From the NCBI GenBank assembly GCA_965215505.1, contig OZ244065.1, forward strand, positions 3,392,001-3,456,000: a stretch of DNA of 64,000 bases, in the 5' to 3' direction. Source of the stretch: Capsulimonadaceae bacterium. Lineage in GTDB: Bacteria > Armatimonadota > Armatimonadia > Armatimonadales > Capsulimonadaceae. The translations under genes and the position numbers were made by a program. Below the pieces are notes generated by a model that saw nothing but the letters and a program-made list of their open reading frames with translations, was not told the origin of the DNA and did not search any database. Each line of letters starts with the position of its first letter. Within the stretch, counting starts at the first letter, position 1. Below, one piece after another: positions 1 through 7,875 of the stretch.

Positions 1-224
1 TGCGGCGTGCAGATCTCCACCGCGTCTACCGTCGGGTCAGCCAGGACCTCCTCGAACGTGGCGACGCGGGCGTCCCCGGCCAACGCGGCGCGCGCGGCAG
101 CCGCCTCGGGGTCAATGTCGCAGCAGGCCGTGATCCGCGCCCGGTCCGCGTGTTTCTGGTAGGCCTTGATGTGGTTCTCGCTGATGAGGCCGCACCCGAG
201 CAGGGCGACGTTCAGGACTTTCAT
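1..224 (-). CDS. Gfo/Idh/MocA family oxidoreductase (N-terminal part; runs off window)
   Basis: Manual translation from ATG at 224: MKVLNVALLGCGLISENHIKAYQKH...CCDID...FEEVLADPTVDAVEICTP; GxGxI Rossmann motif and DxVxIxTP signature. Confidence 0.85.
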   Translation of the reverse strand, partial: MKVLNVALLGCGLISENHIKAYQKHADRARITACCDIDPEAAAARAALAGDARVATFEEVLADPTVDAVEICTP

Positions 225-245
225 GGCAGGACTTTCCGCGTTTTT

Positions 246-2375
246 TCATGCCTCGACTCGAAGCGTCATCTCCTGCCGGATGTCGGCGGAGGACGCGCCG
301 ACCAGGAGCTGGACCGCGCCGTCCTCCACGACGAACCCGTGCCGGGCCGCATCCCAATACGAAAGCAGCGAAGCCGGCAGCGGCAGCGTGACCGTCTTCA
401 TCTCCCCCGGCGCGAGCGTGACGCGGGCGAAGCCCTTTAGCGCCTTGGGCGGTCGTTCCACCGCCGAATCCAGGTGCTTCACATAAAGCTGGACCACCTC
501 GTCGCCCGCGCGTTCCCCCGTGTTCGTCACGTCCACGCTGACCTCGACCGCGCCGCCCGCCGTCACCGCGTCCGCACTCGTCCGCAGGTTCGCATAGCCG
601 AAGGTCGTGTAGCTGAGGCCGTACCCGAAGGGGTACAGCGGCTTGCCCTGGAAATACTGGTAGGTGCGGCCGTTTCGGATGTCGTAGTCCATCATTGGCG
701 GGAGCTGTTCCAGCGAGGCGGGCCAGGTCTGCACCAGCCGACCGCCGGGATTGTAGTCGCCGAACAGAACGTCCGCCAGGGCGTTCCCCTGCTCCTGGCT
801 GTTCTGCGTCAGGTGCAGGATAGCCGGGACGTTCTCCTGCGCCCAATTGATCGCATAGGGGAACGAGGACAGCAGCACGACGACCGTGCGCGGGTTCGCC
901 GCGTACACTTGTTTGATCAGCTCCTCCTGGCCCGGCTCAAGCGAAATGCTCTGGCGGTCTACGGCTTCGCGGCCCTCGTCCGGCGAGTTGACCTTGGCCC
1001 AGCCGCCCGCGCCGACCGGGTTGTTGCCGACGACGACGATGGCGACGTCGGACGACGCGGCTAGCGCCACGGCTGCTGCGGCATCGCCCCCGTCGGCATA
1101 CTGCACCGACGCGCCCGCCCCGACCGCCTCCCGGATGCCCGCCAATGGCGTGACCGCGTAGGGCGGCGAGCCGCTGTACCAGTCCAGCAGGACCGTGTCG
1201 GCGCGCGGGCCGAGGACGGCGAGCGACCTCCCCGCGCCCCGGTCCAGAGGCAGCAGGCCACCGCTGTTTTTCAGCAGCACGGCCGACTTCCGCGTCACCG
1301 AGCGGACGGCGGTCCGGCTCGTCTCGGACAGCCAGGGTTCCGCCTCGCCGTCCGCCCCGATCTTGCTGTAGGGGACACGGCCCGGCGGGTCCAGCAGGCC
1401 CAGCCGGAGCATAACCCGGAAGTCGCCGCGCAGGGCGGCATCCACTTCCGCCTCGGTCAGCAGGCCGGTTTCCAAAGCCTCGGTCGTCGGCGCGCTGTGG
1501 TCATCGAGGAACTGGCCGATGCCGGCCTTGACGATGGCGGCGCAGGCCTGCGCCTGGTCGGGGAAGGCTTTGTGGTCGGTGACCAATAGCTTCATCGCCC
1601 CGCCGTCGGTGCAGATGATGCCGTCGTTGCCCCACTCGGCGACCGTGATCTCTTTGAGCATCGGGTGGACGGCACAGGGGATGCCGTTGTACGAGTTATA
1701 CGCGGCCATGTAGGCACGCGACCCGGCCTCGATCCCCATGCGGAACGGGACCGAATAATACTCGCGGAACAGCCTCTCGTCGAAGTCAGACGACGAACTC
1801 TCGCGCCCGTCCTCGTTGGAGTTGGCTAGAAAGTGCTTCATCAGCGACGCGGATTGCCAGTAGACCGGGTGGTCGCCCTGAAGACCGCGCACGAAGGCCT
1901 GGGTCAAGGTGCCGTTGAGGAACGGGTCTTCGCCGTAGCACTCCTCCGTCCGCCCCCAGCGCGGGTCGCGGCCCAGGTCCGCGTTCGGGGCGCGGACGAC
2001 CAGCCCGCCCCGCTTGTAGCGGTCGCTCTGCGCCATGTAGCGGACCTCGTAGCCCTCAATGGCGGCGGCCTCCTGAACGGCGATCGGGTCCCAGGTCTGG
2101 CCCAGCCCGATCTCCTGCGGGAACGTCGTGGTGGCGACCGGCTGCTTGTCGCCGTCGAACTTGCCCCATCCGCCCGGCTCGCCCATCGCCAGCCCGTGCA
2201 GGCCCTCCACATGGCCGCTCCCCTTGATGCCCAGGCGCGGGATGCTGGGGTCGGTGCCCAGGCAGAACACTTTTTCTTCCAGTGTCAGGAGGCCGAGGAT
2301 GCTGTCAATGCGCTCCTCGGCGGGCAGATCCGGGTTCTGGAAGGGGTAATCGAAGGCTGTCGTCTCTGGTTCCAT
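246..2375 (-). CDS. GH3 beta-glucosidase/xylosidase, no signal peptide
   Basis: RDPRWGRTEECYGEDP, KHF, ICTDGG nucleophile region, YPFGYGLSYT, Fn3-like C-terminus; start MEPETT at 2375 (the longer ORF-track start lies in a repeat). Confidence 0.93.
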   Translation of the reverse strand: MEPETTAFDYPFQNPDLPAEERIDSILGLLTLEEKVFCLGTDPSIPRLGIKGSGHVEGLHGLAMGEPGGWGKFDGDKQPVATTTFPQEIGLGQTWDPIAVQEAAAIEGYEVRYMAQSDRYKRGGLVVRAPNADLGRDPRWGRTEECYGEDPFLNGTLTQAFVRGLQGDHPVYWQSASLMKHFLANSNEDGRESSSSDFDERLFREYYSVPFRMGIEAGSRAYMAAYNSYNGIPCAVHPMLKEITVAEWGNDGIICTDGGAMKLLVTDHKAFPDQAQACAAIVKAGIGQFLDDHSAPTTEALETGLLTEAEVDAALRGDFRVMLRLGLLDPPGRVPYSKIGADGEAEPWLSETSRTAVRSVTRKSAVLLKNSGGLLPLDRGAGRSLAVLGPRADTVLLDWYSGSPPYAVTPLAGIREAVGAGASVQYADGGDAAAAVALAASSDVAIVVVGNNPVGAGGWAKVNSPDEGREAVDRQSISLEPGQEELIKQVYAANPRTVVVLLSSFPYAINWAQENVPAILHLTQNSQEQGNALADVLFGDYNPGGRLVQTWPASLEQLPPMMDYDIRNGRTYQYFQGKPLYPFGYGLSYTTFGYANLRTSADAVTAGGAVEVSVDVTNTGERAGDEVVQLYVKHLDSAVERPPKALKGFARVTLAPGEMKTVTLPLPASLLSYWDAARHGFVVEDGAVQLLVGASSADIRQEMTLRVEA

Positions 2376-2420
2376 AGGTTCTTTCTGGTGACTGGTGCAG
2401 CGAAGACGCGAGAGAGTGGC

Positions 2421-2537
2421 CGAGTGGTTGAAAACCACTCGCTAGGAGAAGCGTCCTGCGGACGGGCAGAGGCGGCGCGCGGACTCCGTCTTGTGTCCGC
2501 AGGACACCTGGCCTAGCGAGTGGTTTTCAACCACTCG
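2421..2537. repeat. REPIN-like four-hairpin element, subfamily B
   Basis: CGAGTGGTTGAAAACCACTCG ... GTCCTGCGGAC ... GTCCGCAGGAC ... CGAGTGGTTTTCAACCACTCG. Confidence 0.9.
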
Positions 2538-2741
2538 GCGCGGCTTCTGGCGCGGCCACCCGGCGCGGCTTCTGGCGCGGCCACCCGGCGCGGCTTCTGG
2601 CGCGGCCACCCGGCGCGGCTTCTGGCGCGGCCACCCGGCGCGGCTTCTGGCGCGGCCACCCGGCGCGGCTTCTGGCGCGGCCACCCGGCGCGGCTTCTGG
2701 CGCGGCCACCCGGCGCGGCTTCTGGCGCGGCCACCCGGCGC
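2536..2741. repeat. Tandem repeat, 25-bp unit x8
   Basis: CGGCGCGGCTTCTGGCGCGGCCACC repeated without spacers, abutting the element end. Confidence 0.95.
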
Positions 2742-2808
2742 TTGCGGTTCGGCAGGAGAAGAGGGCGCGATAAATCGCGCCCCGCATCCGGCCTTACGCT
2801 CTGGGAGG

Positions 2809-5064
2809 CTACCGCGCCGCCGCCCGTGCCGGGGCGGGGTCGGCGTAGAAGATGCCCCGGCCGTTACTGCCCATGTAGACACGGCCGTAGACGCGCGGGT
2901 CGCCCGTCACCGCCTGGCCGCTGTAGCCGTACTGGTGGGCGTCGTCGTTGATCCGGAGCCACGTCTGCCCGGCGTCGTCCGAGCGGAAGCAGCCCGAGGC
3001 ACCGCCGCGCGTGTCGCCGGTCAGGTAGAGGGCCGGGTAGTCATGGCCCGGCGCGGCCTTGCCGAAGCCCAGCCGCTGCGCGTCGGCGGCGTCCCCGACA
3101 TGAGAAAAGGTCGCCCCGCCGTCCGTCGAGTGGAAGACGCCGCGACCGCCCGCCGTCACCCACAGGTCGCCCGCGTGGCCCGGCGTCGCCCCAACCTCGC
3201 GCGCCCCGTTCGGCAGTGTCCCCCGAGCGGTGAAGGTCGCGCCGCCGTCCGTGCTGGCCAGCAGGCTGCCGCCCGATCTCAGGTAGAACGTCCCCGCCGT
3301 CACGCGGTCTGAAACCACCGAGGCCCTGCCGCCGGTCACCCCGGCGCAGGGCTGCCAGGTCGCGCCCTTGTCGCGCGAGAAGGCCGGGGCCGCCCCCTGT
3401 GCTGCCCACACGAAGGATGCCCCGTCGGCGGAAACGGCGATGCTGCCCGAGCCGCGCCCGCCCGCCGGGGCGCTCACGAACGGCGTCCAGGTGACGCCGT
3501 TGTCGGTGGAGTACGCACCGCCCGTCCCGCGCCCGCCCCGGCCCACCCGGACCACGAGCATCGGGTCATTCTCGGCGAAGTCGATGCTGTCGGTGTTGTT
3601 GAAGGTCGGGTTGGTGAACATGCCGCCGGACGGCGAAGCGGCGAACGACTCATGCCGGAACCCGCCGATGTCGCCCAGGCCGCTGATCAGGTGCGCGCCC
3701 GCCGGGGGGCTGACCAGGGTGATCACCGCCGTCTCTTCCAGGCCCGCCGCCCCCACCTTCCAGTGCGTCGGCAGGCCGGCGTCGAGGGCCGTCATGTCCT
3801 CGGTGGCGAAGATCGTCGCGCCGGTCCCGTATAGGACGTGGCCGGGGTGGAACGGGTCCAGAGCCAGCGACCCCATCCACCAGCCCAGACGCGGCGCTTT
3901 GTCGCCGAAGGTCAGGTACGGGGTCAAGGACCAGTCGCGGACGGACTTTGCGGCGATGTCCCCCCAGGTCTTGCCGCCGTCGAGGCTGCGGAACAGGGTG
4001 TCGCCGGGGTTCCAGCGGTCCATCGTCGTCACCATCACCGTCTGCGGGTGCAGGAGGTCAATGGTCAGCCCGGCATAGCCGAAGCCGCCCTTTTGGGGCG
4101 AGATGTCGGTCCAGGCGGCCGTCTTGGTGTCGTACTTCCAGACCGCCCCGCCGCTCATCCCGTTCGGGCCGGGCGCGTTGCCATACGTCACATACAAGGT
4201 CCCGTCGCGGCCCAAAACTCCCTGGTGCGGCAGCAGGCCCGTCGGCTGGCCCGCGACGGGTGCCCAGGTCGCCCCGGCGTCGTCACTGCGGTACAGGCCC
4301 GGCCCGTCCTGCGAGACGGCGGCGTAGATGACGCGGCTGGCCATCCCGCGCGTGCTTGAAGTGCGGTCGAACAGCTCGAAGATGACTCCGATGCCATTAG
4401 TGCGGCCCGTCACGGGGAAGGAGTCCACCTTGGCCCAGGTCGCCCCGGTGTCCACGCTCCGCCACAGGCCGTCGTTGCGCGACCCCATATAGAGGACGCT
4501 GTTCTTGTTCGGGTCTACCGCCAGTCGCTCGCCCGCCGAGCGGCCGTCCTCGTTGCCGCCCATCTTGAACGGGACATCGGTGCGCTTGAAGGTGCGCCCG
4601 CCGTCCGATGTCCGCACGATGGCCCCGTTGCTGCTGCCGCCGTTGGTGTAGGTGCCGAGGGCGAGGTAGAAACGGTTCGCATCAACCGGGTCCACGCCGA
4701 TGCTCTCGCAGCCGAGCAGGTTGCCGTCGCGGCCCCCCGCCCAGTCGTTGAGCGGGACCCAGTGTGCGGCAGCCTTGTCCCAGCGGTAGGCCCCGCCGAT
4801 GTCGGTCCGGGCGAAGTACAGCCCCTCACGGACGGGGCTGAAGATCAGCCCGTCCACGAACCCGCCCGCGATGACGGGGACGTTGCGCCAGACGTAAGGC
4901 CGGCTGGCCTCGGTCGGGGTCGCTTTGGTTACGCCTGCCGGTGCCGTGGTCGGCACCGCCTGGGCCGTGGCCGTCTTCGGCAGGCCGCTCAGGAGGAACG
5001 CCGCGCCGCCGCCTAGCAGGCAGGCCGCGAGGCCCGCGCCCAATTTCGCTTCGATGGATTTCAT
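2809..5064 (-). CDS. GH74 xyloglucanase, secreted
   Basis: Signal peptide; WRNVPVIAGGFVDG, ARTDIGG and GLGDIGGF catalytic Asp motifs; multiple SxDxGxTW (BNR) repeats; AAAGGA RBS before ATG at 5064. Confidence 0.92.
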   Translation of the reverse strand: MKSIEAKLGAGLAACLLGGGAAFLLSGLPKTATAQAVPTTAPAGVTKATPTEASRPYVWRNVPVIAGGFVDGLIFSPVREGLYFARTDIGGAYRWDKAAAHWVPLNDWAGGRDGNLLGCESIGVDPVDANRFYLALGTYTNGGSSNGAIVRTSDGGRTFKRTDVPFKMGGNEDGRSAGERLAVDPNKNSVLYMGSRNDGLWRSVDTGATWAKVDSFPVTGRTNGIGVIFELFDRTSSTRGMASRVIYAAVSQDGPGLYRSDDAGATWAPVAGQPTGLLPHQGVLGRDGTLYVTYGNAPGPNGMSGGAVWKYDTKTAAWTDISPQKGGFGYAGLTIDLLHPQTVMVTTMDRWNPGDTLFRSLDGGKTWGDIAAKSVRDWSLTPYLTFGDKAPRLGWWMGSLALDPFHPGHVLYGTGATIFATEDMTALDAGLPTHWKVGAAGLEETAVITLVSPPAGAHLISGLGDIGGFRHESFAASPSGGMFTNPTFNNTDSIDFAENDPMLVVRVGRGGRGTGGAYSTDNGVTWTPFVSAPAGGRGSGSIAVSADGASFVWAAQGAAPAFSRDKGATWQPCAGVTGGRASVVSDRVTAGTFYLRSGGSLLASTDGGATFTARGTLPNGAREVGATPGHAGDLWVTAGGRGVFHSTDGGATFSHVGDAADAQRLGFGKAAPGHDYPALYLTGDTRGGASGCFRSDDAGQTWLRINDDAHQYGYSGQAVTGDPRVYGRVYMGSNGRGIFYADPAPARAAAR

Positions 5065-5102
5065 GTATCTATTTCCTTTCAGAAAGGGTGTCGTGTCTCT
5101 GA

Positions 5103-5220
5103 CGAGTGGTTGAAAACCACTCGCTAGGCCAGGTGTCCTGCGGACATGAGATTCGCCCACGCGCCGGCCGTATTCCCGTCCGCAGGACGCTTTTCCTAGC
5201 GAGTGGTTTTCAACCACTCG
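5103..5220. repeat. REPIN-like four-hairpin element, subfamily B (inverted relative to 2421 copy)
   Basis: Same terminal hairpins and arms as 2421-2537, in reverse-complement order. Confidence 0.9.
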
Positions 5221-5245
5221 ATTTGGCCCGGCAGAGGCTATTGTG

Positions 5246-7630
5246 CTATGGCGTCTCTGGCCCAGAGGATGACGGCGTCGGAGCCTCCGGCAGCCTCTCC
5301 AGCGTCGTCTTCGCCAGCCGGAACGGCCCTTGCAGCCGGATATCGCGCGAGGAGCTGCCGACGAGGACCGTGAAGCTCCCCTTCTCCGACAGCCACCCCT
5401 GCTTGGCCGGGTCGAAGAAAGCGAAGGCGCTCCGGTCAAGCGGGATGGAAACCGTCTGCGTCTTGCCCGGCTCCAGGAAGACCTTGCGGAAGCCCTTCAG
5501 CTCCTGGAAAGGCCGGGGCAGGCTCGGTTTCGCCTGATGCACATAAAGCTGGGCCACCTCGCCGCCCGCCCGCGCTCCGACATTCGTGACTTCGAACCGG
5601 GCGGTGACGACCGGCCCCTTGGCGTCCGCTCCCGGCACAAGCCGCAGCCCGGAATAGGCAAAGCGCGTGTAAGACAGGCCGTGCCCGAAGGGGAACAGCG
5701 GGGCGATCTGCTTGGTGTCGAACCAGCGGTAGCCGACCAGCAGCCCCTCCGTGTACGGCTCGACGCCGTTCACGCCTGGATAGGCGTTCAAAGCGTGGGC
5801 GGGCGAGTCCGCGAGCTGGCGAGGGAAGGTGCAGGGCAGCTTGCCGGACGGATTCACGTCGCCGAAGAGGATGCCCGCCAGGGCGTTGCCGCCCTCCATG
5901 CCCGGATACCAGGCCTGGACGACGGCGGGGACCTGGGCCAGCCACGAGTCCATCTCGACGGGACCGCCCGACATCAGGACGACGACCGTGCGCGGGTTTG
6001 CCTCCACAACGCGCCGGATCAGCTCATCCTGCCCGTAGGGCAGTTTCATATCCGGCCGGTCGCTCCCCTCCGAGTCGAACGAGTGGTTCAGCCCGGCGAT
6101 GATGACGGCGACGTCCGACGACCGCGCGGCCTGCACCGCCCGTTCCAGCAGGGTCGGGTCCGGCCCGGCGTCGGGCGGGACGTCCACGCGCCGCACCCCC
6201 GCCGCATCGGCGGCCGGGGCGGGTGTGGCAGCGCCGGGAGCAGGCGCGGCACCGGGGACAGGAGGAGCGGCGGGACGGCCCCCCGGCCCGTATCCGGGCC
6301 GACGCGGGCGGCGCGGCGGCTGATGGTAGCCCATGGAGAATGTCACATCCACCGACGGCCCGACGCGCTTCAGCAGCCCCGCCAGCGGCGTGACCTCGTA
6401 GAACGCCTTGACGCCCGCGCTCTGGCCGCCACTCGCAAACTGCTGCACGGCGTCCTCGCCAATCACGGCGATTGACTTGATCTTAGTTGCGTCCAGCGGC
6501 AGCGCATCCCCCTGGTTTTTCAGCAGCACGATCCCCGCCTCGGCGATGCGGCGGGCGGCGGCCTGATGGTCGGCGGTGTTCAGCGACCCCACCCCGCGCC
6601 CGTCAAAAGCGCCGACCGCAAACATTTCGCGCAGATTGCGGCGCACCTTGTCATCCAGCAGCGCGACCGGGTAGTACCCCTGCTGAATGCCCTCGCGGAA
6701 GGGGCGGGCGAGGTAGAAGTCGTCATACGGCCGCCCCGTCCCCATCTCCAGATCCATGCCGCCCAGGACCGCCCCGCGCGTGTCGTGGACGCCGCTCCAG
6801 TCGGACATGACCAGGCCCTGGAAGCCCCACTCGCCTTTCAAAATGGTATTCAGCAGCAGGTCGTTCTGGGAGCAGTACTGGCCCCGGAACTTGTTGTAGG
6901 CGGTCATCACCGCCAGCGCCCCGCCCTCCTGGACGGCGGCTTTGAAGGCGGGCAGGTAGATCTCGCGCATCGTCCGGTCGTCCATCTCAACGTCAATGGA
7001 GCCGCGCTGCCGCTCCTGGTTGTTGCCCGCGAAATGCTTCACGCAGGAGGCCACCCCCTGCGCCTGGACGCCCTGGACATAGCCGACCGCGATGCGCCCG
7101 GCGAGGTACGGGTCTTCGCTGAAATACTCATAGTTGCGGCCATTCAGGGGCGTCCGCATGATGTTGACGCCCGGCCCGAGCATGATCTGCTTGCCCCGCT
7201 CCAGGGCTTCCTGGCCGATGACGGTGCCGTAGGCCCACGCCATGTCCGGGTCCCAGGTGGCGGCCAGGTTGACCCCGACGGGCATCCAGGTGGCGAAGTC
7301 GTCGGTCCGCCCCGCCGCATCCCAGGTGTCCGGCCCAATGTCCTCGCGGACGCCGTGCGGCCCGTCGGACATCCAGCGCCTAGGGACGCCCAGCCGGGGG
7401 ATGGCGGCCGTGGTGAACTTCGAGTCGCCATGCACCAGGACGATCTTCTCGTCCAGCGTCATGCGCCCCAGCAGGTCCGTGACGCGCGCCTCGACGGGCC
7501 GGGTGCGGTCGAGGTAGAGGGGAGTGCCTATAGTGCGCGGCGTCAGGGGCGTGTCGGCGCGCAGCGGCCCGGCGGCCAGCAGGAGGACGGTGAGGGCGGC
7601 GAGTTTTCGGAAGGGGCGGGGGATGTTCAT
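5246..7630 (-). CDS. GH3 beta-glucosidase, secreted
   Basis: SDGPHGVR, GRNYEYFSEDP, VKHF, VMSDW nucleophile, FPFGHGLSYT; start MNIPRPF at 7630. Confidence 0.93.
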   Translation of the reverse strand: MNIPRPFRKLAALTVLLLAAGPLRADTPLTPRTIGTPLYLDRTRPVEARVTDLLGRMTLDEKIVLVHGDSKFTTAAIPRLGVPRRWMSDGPHGVREDIGPDTWDAAGRTDDFATWMPVGVNLAATWDPDMAWAYGTVIGQEALERGKQIMLGPGVNIMRTPLNGRNYEYFSEDPYLAGRIAVGYVQGVQAQGVASCVKHFAGNNQERQRGSIDVEMDDRTMREIYLPAFKAAVQEGGALAVMTAYNKFRGQYCSQNDLLLNTILKGEWGFQGLVMSDWSGVHDTRGAVLGGMDLEMGTGRPYDDFYLARPFREGIQQGYYPVALLDDKVRRNLREMFAVGAFDGRGVGSLNTADHQAAARRIAEAGIVLLKNQGDALPLDATKIKSIAVIGEDAVQQFASGGQSAGVKAFYEVTPLAGLLKRVGPSVDVTFSMGYHQPPRRPRRPGYGPGGRPAAPPVPGAAPAPGAATPAPAADAAGVRRVDVPPDAGPDPTLLERAVQAARSSDVAVIIAGLNHSFDSEGSDRPDMKLPYGQDELIRRVVEANPRTVVVLMSGGPVEMDSWLAQVPAVVQAWYPGMEGGNALAGILFGDVNPSGKLPCTFPRQLADSPAHALNAYPGVNGVEPYTEGLLVGYRWFDTKQIAPLFPFGHGLSYTRFAYSGLRLVPGADAKGPVVTARFEVTNVGARAGGEVAQLYVHQAKPSLPRPFQELKGFRKVFLEPGKTQTVSIPLDRSAFAFFDPAKQGWLSEKGSFTVLVGSSSRDIRLQGPFRLAKTTLERLPEAPTPSSSGPETP

Positions 7631-7691
7631 AATTGGGTCTTGCGAAAGGCTTTCCGGTGTGGCGGGATGCCGGGCCGGACGAGAATCAGGC

Positions 7692-7842
7692 CGAGTGATT
7701 GAAATCACTCGCTCCTATCAGACCTGTCCAGGGGACAGAAGAAGGGAACGTTCCTGCCCCCGCCGCGTCCCGTCTTACCGTACTCCTCTGTTATACTGTC
7801 CCCTGGACAGGTCCGGGGGCAGCGAGTGATTTCAATCACTCG
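7692..7842. repeat. REPIN-like four-hairpin element, subfamily A
   Basis: CGAGTGATTGAAATCACTCG ... CTGTCCAGGGGACAG - unique core - CTGTCCCCTGGACAG ... CGAGTGATTTCAATCACTCG. Confidence 0.92.
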
Positions 7843-7875
7843 GCCTGATTCTATCTCGTCCTGTTCGCCTGCCCC

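Noticed and set aside
2536-2741. Possible CRISPR array (also 18365-18506, 33009-33072, 39580-39657)
   Set aside because: Units are head-to-tail with no unique spacers, and there are no cas genes
7643-7656. LacI-like operator CGAAAGGCTTTCCG before GH3
   Set aside because: Imperfect, lacks the central CG, and is not repeated elsewhere in the locus
2376-7708. ORF-track N-terminal extensions such as MVFNHS, MISITR, MIEITR and the 5439 start for GH74
   Set aside because: They are read-throughs of palindromic elements; better starts with RBS or signal peptides lie downstream
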